DNA from: Candidatus Kaiserbacteria bacterium
Lineage (GTDB): Bacteria > Patescibacteriota > Minisyncoccia > Phycocordibacterales > Phycocordibacteraceae
DNA: 64,000 nt
Direction: 5' to 3'
Assembly: GCA_016217905.1 (NCBI GenBank)
Contig: JACRFL010000002.1
Coordinates: forward strand, 18,817-82,816
The position numbers and the translations under genes are program-made. Positions 48,621 through 57,984 of the stretch are shown here, piece by piece. The notes below the pieces were generated by a model, which did no database searches, was not told the DNA's origin, and saw nothing but the letters and a program-made list of their open reading frames with translations. How positions within the stretch are numbered: the stretch's first letter is position 1; each line of letters opens with the position of its first letter.

Positions 48621-50129
48621 TTATCGCGCAAATTCGACAACGCGGTTCTCGCGGATGATATTGACCTTGATTTCGCCCGGATATTTGAGCTCTTCTTGGA
48701 TGCGCTTGGCGATGTCGCGCGCAAGCGTGTGCATCGCGAGGTCGGAGACCTTGCCGGGGTTCACAAAGATGCGTATCTCGCGACCCGCGGCGATTGCATA
48801 GACTTTTTCAACGCCCTCAAAGGTCGCGGCAAGCCGCTCGAGGTCGCCGAGGCGCTCGAGATAGCGGTCCACCGTGTCGCGGCGTGCTCCCGGGCGACCG
48901 CCCGAGATAGCGTCAGCCACCTGTACGATGACCGCCTCCGGAGTTTCGTACGGGTACTCCTCGTGATGCGACTGCATCGCCTGTATCACGCGCGGGTCGA
49001 CCCCAAACTTCTCGAGGATGCGCCGCCCGATTTCGACATGCGTGCCTTGCACGTCGTGGTCGACCGCCTTGCCGATATCGTGGAGGAGGGCGCCCGCGCG
49101 CGCGACGCTCACATCCGCTCCGAGTTCCGTTGCGAGCATACCGGCGATATACGCCATTTCGACAGAGTGCGTAAGCACGTTCTGCCCGTAGCTCGTGCGG
49201 AAGTGGAGACGCCCGAGAAGCGCAACGAGCTTCGGGTCAAGTCCGATGACGCCCGTCTCGTAGGCTGCCGCCTCGCCCTTCTGCTTCACGATTTCCGCGA
49301 CTTCGGCGCGCGTTTTTTCAACCGTTTCTTCTATTTTCGCCGGCTGGATGCGGCCGTCGACGATGAGCTTTTCGAGCGCGATCTTGGCGATGGCGCGGCG
49401 CAGCGGATCGAAGGAGGAGAGGGTTATACGGTCCGGCGCGTCGTCGATGATGACATCGACGCCGGTCGCGCGTTCAAACGCCTTGATATTCCGCCCCTCC
49501 TTGCCGATGATCTTCCCTTTTACGTCCTCGGAGGGGAGCGCGACCGAGAGCGACATAACTTCGGCGTTGACCGCGTTAGCGAGACGGTGGATGACGCTCG
49601 TGAGGATGGCGCGCGCCTTATCCTCAAGGCGCTCGCGGCCGTGCGCGGCGAGTTTCTGCAGCCGCAGAAGGATCGCCTCCTCGTGCGCGCGCTCTATTTC
49701 GGAAAAGAGCTTCGCGCGCGCCTCCTCCTCGGAGAGATGTGCGACTTTCGCGAGTTCTTTGGAACGTTCTGCGGTAAGATTTTCCGCTTCGCTCTTCGCG
49801 CGCGCCGCTTCCTGTTCGCGCGCGCGGACTTCATTTTCTTTTTCATCAAGAAATTCTTCGCGGGAGGCGACACGCTCTTCTCGCGCGCCGATTTTTTCTT
49901 CGCGTTCTTCGATTGGCGCGAGGCGCTCGGTCTCAACGACCTCCGCGCGGAACTCGGCATCCGCGATAATCTTCGCCGCCGCCTCCTGCGCCTGGAGCAG
50001 TTTCCGCTTCGTGTCGAGTTCGACCGAACCGCGGCTTGCAAGGCCGATAAGGACGCGCAACACGTAGCCGAGTACCACGCCGCCGACGCCTGAAAGCGCG
50101 AGCATGATAAGTATGATTTTGAGTGACAT
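48621..50129 (-). CDS. rny: Ribonuclease Y
   Basis: N-terminal TM, KGKIIGKEGRNI (KH), RTSYGQN, LLHDIGK (HD), RPGAR. Confidence 0.97.
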   Translation of the reverse strand: MSLKIILIMLALSGVGGVVLGYVLRVLIGLASRGSVELDTKRKLLQAQEAAAKIIADAEFRAEVVETERLAPIEEREEKIGAREERVASREEFLDEKENEVRAREQEAARAKSEAENLTAERSKELAKVAHLSEEEARAKLFSEIERAHEEAILLRLQKLAAHGRERLEDKARAILTSVIHRLANAVNAEVMSLSVALPSEDVKGKIIGKEGRNIKAFERATGVDVIIDDAPDRITLSSFDPLRRAIAKIALEKLIVDGRIQPAKIEETVEKTRAEVAEIVKQKGEAAAYETGVIGLDPKLVALLGRLHFRTSYGQNVLTHSVEMAYIAGMLATELGADVSVARAGALLHDIGKAVDHDVQGTHVEIGRRILEKFGVDPRVIQAMQSHHEEYPYETPEAVIVQVADAISGGRPGARRDTVDRYLERLGDLERLAATFEGVEKVYAIAAGREIRIFVNPGKVSDLAMHTLARDIAKRIQEELKYPGEIKVNIIRENRVVEFAR

Positions 50130-50352
50130 ACGACGCCCGTTTTGTTAGCCCCGTCCCACAAGAGGGGGCGGGATAAAGTTCTAAAAAGGTGAGGGCGGTG
50201 AGGCGGTCGGGACAGTCAGTCAGCGAGGCGGTATGAGGGGACTGTAGCACAAACGAAGCGCGCCGGCGATAAGCGCGCAGTGTTTTAGAAAATTAAGATT
50301 AAATCTAGTTTATAATCAACTATTAATAGCTTTACAATATATTTAAAAGTGG

Positions 50353-50381
50353 TTGACAATCAATAAACCAAGGAATACAAT
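50353..50381 (+). promoter_or_regulatory. Near-consensus sigma70 promoter
   Basis: TTGACA-N17-TACAAT, 7 nt before the ATG at 50389. Confidence 0.75.
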
Positions 50382-50388
50382 GGCCTTA

Positions 50389-51417
50389 ATGAATCGAGAA
50401 ACTGAGGTATTACAGCTGGCAAAGCTGAAAAAAAGACTGAAAACTATGGATATTATGGATTCCTTTGGGATCTCGAGACAATATGCCGTTGTCCTAGTCA
50501 ACGACCTAATATCAAAAGGTAAATTGGTTAAGGTTGGTTCAACAAATAGAGCTTACTATTTGTTACCAGAATCAGCCGACGAGGCCGGGGCATTCCCTAC
50601 ACGGATTTCTAAACGGCTAAAAAATGTAGGGCTCCAAGAGCACGAAATTTATGAAGATATTCAAAACCAATATCCTCCCGTCAAACGCGTTTCTGAAAAT
50701 GTCAGAAGTATTTTTAATTACGCATTCTCTGAAATATTAAACAACGCAATTGAGCACTCGCAATCAAAATATATAGAAGTTGAGGTATCTGTTCAAAACC
50801 GCAAATTGCGTTTTATCATCAACGATTTCGGAATCGGCGTGTTTCGTAACATCATGAAAGAAAAAGGATTGAGAACAGAAGTGGAGGCAATGCAGGACTT
50901 GCTGAAAGGAAAGACCACCACGATGCCGAAATCTCATTCAGGTCAAGGCATATTCTTTACGTCAAAGGCGGCCGATGTGTTTACACTTCAAAGCTACGGA
51001 TATATTTTAACGATAAATAACAAGATACACGAGGTCTCATATAAAATCCTTCCCGCTCTTAAAAGAGGTACGCGAGTTAGTTTTTCAATTGACGTTAATT
51101 CCCCGCGACATCTGAGCGTTATCTTTAGGAAATTCAGTGTCGGTACAGAATTTGCATTCAACAAAACAGAAATAAAAGTGAAGTTGTACGCTTCTGGCGA
51201 CGGAATCCACGTATCCAGATCTCAGGCACGACGTATTTTGGAAGGATTAGATAAATTTGAATCTATAATTCTCGATTTCGATAAGGTGCCGACAATTGGA
51301 CAAGCGTTTGCAGATGAAGTTTTCAGGGTTTTTAAAGAAAAGTATCCAAATATTGAAATCCAACCAGTAAACATGGATGACGCAGTTCGTTTTATGGTCG
51401 AAAGAGTCGGTAAATAG
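50389..51417 (+). CDS. AT-rich wHTH + HATPase-like + STAS-like (DUF4325-type) protein
   Basis: EILNNAIEHS, DFGIG, HSGQGIFF, SRSQAR...LDF...GQAFADEVFR. Confidence 0.82.
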   Translation: MNRETEVLQLAKLKKRLKTMDIMDSFGISRQYAVVLVNDLISKGKLVKVGSTNRAYYLLPESADEAGAFPTRISKRLKNVGLQEHEIYEDIQNQYPPVKRVSENVRSIFNYAFSEILNNAIEHSQSKYIEVEVSVQNRKLRFIINDFGIGVFRNIMKEKGLRTEVEAMQDLLKGKTTTMPKSHSGQGIFFTSKAADVFTLQSYGYILTINNKIHEVSYKILPALKRGTRVSFSIDVNSPRHLSVIFRKFSVGTEFAFNKTEIKVKLYASGDGIHVSRSQARRILEGLDKFESIILDFDKVPTIGQAFADEVFRVFKEKYPNIEIQPVNMDDAVRFMVERVGK

Positions 51418-51463
51418 AGGACTTGAGCTGCAACTTCGCGAAATCCGACTTCGTGGGAAACGA

Positions 51464-51495
51464 AACACTGCGCCGACGAAACCGGCGCAGTGTTT
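51464..51495. terminator. Hairpin between the convergent DUF4325-type gene and clpP
   Basis: aacactgcgccg...cggcgcagtgtt. Confidence 0.65.
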
Positions 51496-51508
51496 CAGTG
51501 CTGTTTCG

Positions 51509-52105
51509 TCAATTAAAAACCTTGTCGACGAGACCGTACTTCTTCGCCTCCTCGGCGGTCATGAAGAAGTCGCGCTCGACGTCCTTCTCGATCTTCGCGA
51601 GCGGCTGGCCGGTATTCTTCGAGAGGATCTTGTTCAGCACGGCGCGCAGCTTCAAAATCTGCTTCGCGGTTATCTCGATGTCGGTGGCCTGACCCTCGGC
51701 ACCGCCGTGCGGCTGGTGGATCATCACTTCGGCGTTCGGCAGCGCAAAACGCTTGCCCTTTTCTCCCGCAGAGAGGAGAATCGCCGCGCCGGAGGCCGCC
51801 ATGCCGACGCACACCGTCGAGACATTCGGCTTCACGTGATTCATCGTGTCGGCCATCGCAAGGGTCGCGGTAACCGAGCCGCCCGGACTGTTGATGTAGA
51901 GCGAAATGTCCTTCTTCGGGTCCTCGGCTTCAAGGAAGAGGAGCTGCGCGATGACGAGATTGGCGACATCGTCATCAATAGGGCCGCCGAGAAAGACGAT
52001 GCGTTCCTTGAGGAGGCGCGAGTAGATGTCGTACGCGCGCTCGCCGAATTGGCTCTTCTCGATAACCATCGGGACGAGCATAGATGCGCGGGGTGAAGAT
52101 TTCAT
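51509..52105 (-). CDS. clpP: ATP-dependent Clp protease proteolytic subunit
   Basis: [28 protein letters not shown]. Confidence 0.97.
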   Translation of the reverse strand: MKSSPRASMLVPMVIEKSQFGERAYDIYSRLLKERIVFLGGPIDDDVANLVIAQLLFLEAEDPKKDISLYINSPGGSVTATLAMADTMNHVKPNVSTVCVGMAASGAAILLSAGEKGKRFALPNAEVMIHQPHGGAEGQATDIEITAKQILKLRAVLNKILSKNTGQPLAKIEKDVERDFFMTAEEAKKYGLVDKVFN

Positions 52106-52135
52106 AGGTAAAAGGTTAAAGATAAAATGTCAGAA

Positions 52136-52309
52136 TCATTGCGCGGCCGCAGGCTCGGTGAATGCCCGATTTTCCGCGATTCGCTTGCCCCAGGAGTAGA
52201 ACGCGCCGATGACGATCATGAGCACGATGATGGCAATCGAGATGACGACGCCCCAAGACTGCGCTTTGGGCGACGGGATTCCGGGCGGGAGGAGTTTCTC
52301 GTCTTCCAT
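52136..52309 (-). CDS. 57-aa single-TM protein (below the ORF-track cutoff)
   Basis: MEDEKLLPPGIPSPKAQSWGVVISIAIIVLMIVIGAFYSWGKRIAE..., starts 2 nt after the ppa stop. Confidence 0.6.
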   Translation of the reverse strand: MEDEKLLPPGIPSPKAQSWGVVISIAIIVLMIVIGAFYSWGKRIAENRAFTEPAAAQ

Positions 52310-52311
52310 AG

Positions 52312-52836
52312 CTACTTTTTATCGTCGTACATTTTTCGGGCCCGCTCAAAAGCGGCTTCGGCTTCGACGCGACCCTTATAGCCCTTGATCACGACCTCGG
52401 CCGGTTTACCTTTGAGATTCTTGTACGTTTCGAAGAAATGCGCAAACTCCTTCAGCGCGTGTTTATTAAGATCCGCCAAGTCTTGGACATCGTCCCAGCG
52501 CTTGTCCTCCGTCGGGACGGCGATAATCTTATCGTCAGCGTCGCCGCCGTCAATCATGTTAAGAATACCGACTGGACGCACCGTCACCAGGACGCCCACA
52601 TTGAGCGGGTAGGTCGTGAGCACGACGACATCGAGTGCGTCACCGTCATCCCACAATGTCTGCGGGACGAAGCCATAATCGAACGGGTAAGCGGCCGCAT
52701 CGTAATTCGCCCGGTCGAGCTTGATGAGACCGGTTTTCTTGTCGATCTCGTATTTATTGTGTGAATCCTTTGGGATCTCGATGACAACGTTCATCTCCTC
52801 CCTCGTTCCCGGGTCGATATCGTGGAGCAAGTTCAT
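52312..52836 (-). CDS. ppa: Inorganic pyrophosphatase (family I)
   Basis: VIEIP, KYE, YGFVPQT..DDGDALD, DDKII. Confidence 0.96.
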   Translation of the reverse strand: MNLLHDIDPGTREEMNVVIEIPKDSHNKYEIDKKTGLIKLDRANYDAAAYPFDYGFVPQTLWDDGDALDVVVLTTYPLNVGVLVTVRPVGILNMIDGGDADDKIIAVPTEDKRWDDVQDLADLNKHALKEFAHFFETYKNLKGKPAEVVIKGYKGRVEAEAAFERARKMYDDKK

Positions 52837-52851
52837 ACGCGAATCAGTATA

Positions 52852-54234
52852 CTACTCGTCTTTTGCCTTGTCGCGGTCTTCTCCGGCGTCCGCAACGGTC
52901 TCATCGCTCGAGGGGAGAGCGGCGAGTTCTTCTTCGGCGGGAAGCTCGGTTACTTGCGGGGCCTCGTCGGTAATTATCTCCACGCTTTCGGTCGGCATGA
53001 CGCCCGCCGCTTCGGCGGGCTGCTCCTCGCCGTTTACAACAGCGACCGTTGTGCCATCGGATTCCGCGACTTCCGTACCGGCGGCGGACACGATGTCGAT
53101 ATTCCATCCCGTGAGCTTCGCGGCAAGGCGGACGTTCTGTCCGCCGCGACCGATGGCAAGCGACTGCTCGTCTTCGGCGACGGTCACGGTGGCGCGGTGA
53201 TCCGCTTCATCAAGGACGACCTCGATCGGGGTGGCGGGCGAGAGCGCTTCCTTCACGAACTCTTTCGCGTCGTCGTTCCATTCGATGATGTCAATGCGTT
53301 CGCCGCCGAGCTCGCTCATCACGGTCGAGACGCGCACGCCGCGCTGGCCGACCAAGGAGCCGACCGGGTCGACATGCGCATCGAGCGAGGCGAGCGCTAT
53401 TTTGGTGCGGCTGCCCGGCTCGCGCGCGAGCGCTTTTACTTCGATAGCGCCTGAGGCGAGCTCCGGCGCTTCCATCTCGAAGAGCTTCACGACGAAAAGA
53501 GGATGCGCGCGAGAGAGCCGCAGGTACACGCCGCGGAAGCCTTCGTCCACCGCGTAGAGGTACGCGCGGATGCGCTCGCCGATGCGGTACCGCTCGCCGG
53601 GGATCTGCTCCTCGTAGGGGATGATGCCGGTCGTGCGCCCGAGATCGATGAAAAGAGCTCCCCGCTCCATGCGCTGGACGGTGCCGCTTACGATCTGCCC
53701 CTTCTTCTCGCCGAACTCCTCCATCATCGAGAGCTTCTCGGCTTCGCGCACCTTCTGGATGACCACCTGCTTGGCGGTCTGCGCCGCGATGCGGCCGAAG
53801 TCGTCCTGCGGCTCAAGCGGGAAGATGATCTCCTCGCCGACCTCCGCGCCACGCTTCATCAACCTCGCGTCGGCCAGAAGAATGTGCTTCTCCGGATCAA
53901 AACGCGGAAGCTCTCCCTCGGCTAAATCATGTTCTGCATGATCGCCCGACCATCCGCCGCGCGGATGGTGTAGAGCGAGATGTTCTTCCGCGACCACCTC
54001 ATCCGGGGCGGGGAAGCGCACCGTCGTGTCGTCCGCCACCGTCTTCACCTGCTCAAAGGAGATGGTGCCCGTGTTGAGGTCGAGCTTGGCGCGCACGACC
54101 TGCCCGCGCTTGCCGTATTCGCGCTTGTAGGCGGTTGCCATCGCGCTCTCGATAGCCTCGACCATCGTGGCGCGGCTGATCCCGCGGTCTTCAAACTCCC
54201 CGAGCACTGCATTGATGGTCTTTAAATCAATCAT
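52852..54234 (-). CDS. nusA: Transcription termination factor NusA
   Basis: FGRIAAQTAKQV, AREPGSRTKI, AIGRGGQNVRLAAKLTGW. Confidence 0.97.
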   Translation of the reverse strand: MIDLKTINAVLGEFEDRGISRATMVEAIESAMATAYKREYGKRGQVVRAKLDLNTGTISFEQVKTVADDTTVRFPAPDEVVAEEHLALHHPRGGWSGDHAEHDLAEGELPRFDPEKHILLADARLMKRGAEVGEEIIFPLEPQDDFGRIAAQTAKQVVIQKVREAEKLSMMEEFGEKKGQIVSGTVQRMERGALFIDLGRTTGIIPYEEQIPGERYRIGERIRAYLYAVDEGFRGVYLRLSRAHPLFVVKLFEMEAPELASGAIEVKALAREPGSRTKIALASLDAHVDPVGSLVGQRGVRVSTVMSELGGERIDIIEWNDDAKEFVKEALSPATPIEVVLDEADHRATVTVAEDEQSLAIGRGGQNVRLAAKLTGWNIDIVSAAGTEVAESDGTTVAVVNGEEQPAEAAGVMPTESVEIITDEAPQVTELPAEEELAALPSSDETVADAGEDRDKAKDE

Positions 54235-54376
54235 ATGGAATGTGTATGTCGCACTGTTTATAAAGAAAGCCCCGTTGGGGCATTCAGGTGGGGAGAAGTA
54301 TATCAAACCTACTTTGGGTGTCAACAATGGCTGAGAGGGTATATACTGGGCGCACTTATTCATTAACTACAGACAC

Positions 54377-54640
54377 ATGGCTGAAGGACTGCAGGAAGGA
54401 TCGTGGGAGGAACAAAAGAGAAACCTGGACAAGAATCCAGATTTTCACATGGACACGAGCAAGGAAGTCGACCCGGTAGAAAGGCTTGTCGAGCAGTTGG
54501 GATGGGAAGGCGCGCTGGAGCGTGTCCAAGAGAATCTTGATAAAAATCCCAATGACGAAGAGGCTCGTCGGCAGGCGAATCTTATGGTCAATCTTATGAA
54601 CAAAAAAATGCAGGGGCTGAGGGATAAACTAAGCCACTAA
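54377..54640 (+). CDS. Small hypothetical protein with repeated NLDKNP
   Basis: 87-aa charged ORF with TATACT upstream. Confidence 0.55.
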   Translation: MAEGLQEGSWEEQKRNLDKNPDFHMDTSKEVDPVERLVEQLGWEGALERVQENLDKNPNDEEARRQANLMVNLMNKKMQGLRDKLSH

Positions 54641-54710
54641 AACTCGGAATACGTTTCGTGTGTGCAATGCGCGTCCAGCCACAGGCCGGACGCGCTATAC
54701 TGTACTCTCT

Positions 54711-55013
54711 ATGCCCGGTATGACAACTTCGGATAAAAACTTTCACTATGTCTATGTGCTTGAAAGCGCATCGGATGGTAAGCGATATATCGGGATGACT
54801 GCGGATCTACGCCGACGGTTCCAAGAGCATCAAAAAGGTAAAAGTTTTGCTACGGCTCCGCGGCGGCCTTTCTCGCTCATTCACTACGAAGCAGGTCGGT
54901 CGTATGTAGACGCCAAGAACCGCGAGAAGTATTTCAAGACAACGGCAGGCCGCCGCTCTCTTGCAAGGCGACTTCGAGATTACGTCGAAAGGCGTGATCC
55001 GAAGTTGTCATAA
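54711..55013 (+). CDS. Stand-alone GIY-YIG nuclease
   Basis: YVYVL...YIGMTADLRRRFQEH...REKYFK. Confidence 0.9.
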   Translation: MPGMTTSDKNFHYVYVLESASDGKRYIGMTADLRRRFQEHQKGKSFATAPRRPFSLIHYEAGRSYVDAKNREKYFKTTAGRRSLARRLRDYVERRDPKLS

Positions 55014-55019
55014 CCGGGT

Positions 55020-56768
55020 ATGCACGTTTCGGAAGGAGAACTGAAAGAGTTCATCATCGATTCGGGCCTCGTCGCTAAGAAAGATATCGACACGGCGGAT
55101 CTTGAGGCGAAAGAGCGCGGACAATCGCTCGGCGACATCCTTGTCTCTCGCGGCTCCCTGACCGAAGACGCGCTCCGGCGCATCCAGGCGTACGTGCTTG
55201 GCATTCCTTTTGTGAACCTGAAAGAGCATCGCGTGCCAGCCGACGTTCTCGCCCTCATCCCCGAGCCGATCGCGCGCACGCATAACATTATCGCCTATAA
55301 GAGAGAGGGGGATTCCCTTGACGTGGCGATGCTCGATACCGAGGACCTCGCGTCGATCGATTCGGTGCGGAAAAAGACCGGATTCAAGATATTGCCGCGG
55401 CTCACCGACACCGAGAGCATCAAATATACGCTCCTTCAGTATCAGAAGTCGCTCAAGGACGAATTCGGGGACATCATCTCGACCGAAGCGGGGAAGATCC
55501 GCGTTGTCGCAGAGGGCGGGAAGGATCTCTCGGGCGACGAACTCAAGAAGATCGCCGAAGACTTGCCGATCGTGCGTATCGTCGACACGCTCCTGCGACA
55601 CGCCATCGTGCAAGACGCTTCCGATATTCACATCGAGCCCATGGAAACCGAGGTGCTCGTCCGCTATCGCATCGACGGCATCCTGCACGACGCCATGACG
55701 CTTCCGAAAACCGCCGCCGCTGGCATCGTCGCGCGCATCAAGGTGCTCGCGAACCTGAAGCTCGACGAGAAGCGCTTGCCGCAGGACGGCCGCTTCAAGA
55801 TGGAGACCGAGGCCGACCGCGTGTCCTTCCGCGTCTCGATCCTTCCCACCTTCTTCGGCGAGAAAACCGTCATGCGCCTTTTGCGCGAAACAGGGGAGGG
55901 CTTCACGCTCGATGTGCTCGGGCTCCACGGCGAGAACATGGAGCGCATTCATCATGCGCTCAAGCAGACGACCGGGATTATCCTCATCAGCGGACCGACC
56001 GGAAGCGGCAAGACCACGACCTTGTATACGATGCTCGACATCCTGAACCAGCCGGACGTGAACATCTCGACCGTCGAGGATCCGATCGAGTATCAGATGA
56101 AGCGCGTCAACCAGACACAGGTGAATCCGCAGATAGGGTTCACCTTCGCGAACGGGCTCCGCTCGCTCGTGCGCCAGGACCCGGACATCATCATGGTCGG
56201 CGAGATCCGCGACGGCGAGACCGCGTCGCTCGCTATTAATGCCGCGCTGACCGGCCACCTGGTGCTCTCTACCATCCACACCAACAGCGCGGCGGGCGCC
56301 ATTCCGCGGCTGATCGATATGGGCGTCGAGCCGTTCCTTCTCGCTTCCACCATCCGCGTTATCGTCGGGCAGCGATTGGTCCGTAGGCTCTGCGAGGGCA
56401 AGGAAGCGTATGCGATGGACAAAGCCATGCGCGCGAAGATTGCAGCAGATGAGGAATTCGCCACCGTCTTCAGGGTTCTTCAGGAGGAGAAGTTGGTAAA
56501 AAAAGGCTCCGCTATCGACGATATTTCTTTCTATCGGCCCGTTCCTTCGGTCGAGTGCGAGGATGGCTATAAGAGCCGCATCGGCATCCACGAGGTGCTC
56601 GCGGTATCGCCGACTATTCGCGAGATCATGCTCCACACAAGCACGAGCGACGCGCTCGAGGAACAGGCGCGGAAGGAGGGCATGCTCACGATGTTCGAGG
56701 ACGGCCTCTACAAGGCCGCCCGCGGCATCACGAGCATTGAAGAGGTGCTGCGCGCGATAACCGAATGA
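55020..56768 (+). CDS. pilB: Type IV pilus assembly ATPase PilB/GspE
   Basis: ASDIHIEP, PQDGR, GPTGSGKTT, EDPIEY, RQDPDIIMVGEIRD, TGHLV. Confidence 0.93.
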   Translation: MHVSEGELKEFIIDSGLVAKKDIDTADLEAKERGQSLGDILVSRGSLTEDALRRIQAYVLGIPFVNLKEHRVPADVLALIPEPIARTHNIIAYKREGDSLDVAMLDTEDLASIDSVRKKTGFKILPRLTDTESIKYTLLQYQKSLKDEFGDIISTEAGKIRVVAEGGKDLSGDELKKIAEDLPIVRIVDTLLRHAIVQDASDIHIEPMETEVLVRYRIDGILHDAMTLPKTAAAGIVARIKVLANLKLDEKRLPQDGRFKMETEADRVSFRVSILPTFFGEKTVMRLLRETGEGFTLDVLGLHGENMERIHHALKQTTGIILISGPTGSGKTTTLYTMLDILNQPDVNISTVEDPIEYQMKRVNQTQVNPQIGFTFANGLRSLVRQDPDIIMVGEIRDGETASLAINAALTGHLVLSTIHTNSAAGAIPRLIDMGVEPFLLASTIRVIVGQRLVRRLCEGKEAYAMDKAMRAKIAADEEFATVFRVLQEEKLVKKGSAIDDISFYRPVPSVECEDGYKSRIGIHEVLAVSPTIREIMLHTSTSDALEEQARKEGMLTMFEDGLYKAARGITSIEEVLRAITE

Positions 56769-56769
56769 T

Positions 56770-57984
56770 ATGAAATTCCGCGTCACGATACGCAAAGAAG
56801 GGGCGCCGGACGCCGTGCGCGTACTTGAGGCGCCGTCGCGTTTCGCGATATACGAACAGGTCCAAAAAGACGGCGGAGTCGTCGTCGAGCTCTCCGAAGG
56901 CGAAGGAAGATTCAAACTTCCTGCGTGGCTCTCTTACAGCATCGGCTCCGGCGTGAAGCATGCGGAAATAATCCGGGTGGCGAGAAATCTCTCCGCGATG
57001 CTCGCCGCCGGCCTCTCGCTCTCCAGAGCGCTCTCGGTCATTGAGCGGCAATCAAACAACAAGCACCTCAAAGCGATTATGACCGGGCTGTCCGAGTCGA
57101 TAAAGAAGGGGTCGTCGTTCAACGAGGCGCTCTCCGCGTATCCGAAGGTCTTCCCCGCGCTCTTCATCGCGATGGCGCGTGCGGGAGAAGAGTCGGGGTC
57201 TCTTTCCGACGCGCTTTCCGTCGTCGGGCTCCAGATGGAGCGCTCGGAGGAGCTCGCGCGCAAAGTCAGGGGTGCGATGATCTATCCGTCGATCGTCATT
57301 TCCGCCGTCTTCATCGTAGGCGTCTTGATGCTCATCTACGTCGTCCCGACCCTGACGAGCACGTTCACGTCGCTGGGCGTGCAGATTCCGCTCGCCACCC
57401 GCATTATCGTCGGCCTATCCGATTTCATGGTGGCGCACGTTACCACGGTGATCATTGCGCTCATCGCGCTCGTTACCGGCGGCGTCGCGTTCGTCCGGTC
57501 GCGCCGCGGCAGCCGCATCGTGATCGCGGTCGCGCTCCACGTACCCGTCATCGGCGAACTCGTGCGCGAGACGTACGCGGCGCGCGCCTCCCGCACGCTC
57601 TCTTCGCTCCTTTCCTCCGGCGTGCCAGTCCTTGATGCACTTTCCATAACGAAAGACGTCGTGCGCGCCGAAGCGTTCGCAAGGGTCGTCGGAGAAGCGG
57701 AGGAGCTCGTCAAGAAGGGCGAGCTGCTCTCGGCGTCTTTCGCACAACATGCGAATCTTTACCCGATCTTGATGAGCGACATGCTTACGGTCGGCGAGGA
57801 GACCGGGAAGGTCGCGGAGATGCTGAAGCAGATCGCAGAATTCTACGAGGGCGATGTCGCAGAACGCACGAAAGACCTCTCGACGATCATCGAACCGATC
57901 CTGATGCTCATCATCGGGACGTTCGTCGGCATTTTCGCCGTCTCGATGATTGCCCCGATTTACTCGCTTTCATCGGCAATCTGA
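56770..57984 (+). CDS. pilC: Type IV pilus platform protein PilC/GspF
   Basis: AGEESG, AMIYP, VGEETG, IIEP. Confidence 0.92.
   Translation: MKFRVTIRKEGAPDAVRVLEAPSRFAIYEQVQKDGGVVVELSEGEGRFKLPAWLSYSIGSGVKHAEIIRVARNLSAMLAAGLSLSRALSVIERQSNNKHLKAIMTGLSESIKKGSSFNEALSAYPKVFPALFIAMARAGEESGSLSDALSVVGLQMERSEELARKVRGAMIYPSIVISAVFIVGVLMLIYVVPTLTSTFTSLGVQIPLATRIIVGLSDFMVAHVTTVIIALIALVTGGVAFVRSRRGSRIVIAVALHVPVIGELVRETYAARASRTLSSLLSSGVPVLDALSITKDVVRAEAFARVVGEAEELVKKGELLSASFAQHANLYPILMSDMLTVGEETGKVAEMLKQIAEFYEGDVAERTKDLSTIIEPILMLIIGTFVGIFAVSMIAPIYSLSSAI

Noticed and set aside
48444-56915. Long antisense ORFs (48444-50093, 55008-56915 and similar ones opposite ribosomal genes)
   Set aside because: These are shadow frames of GC-rich genes such as rny and pilB and show no protein motifs.
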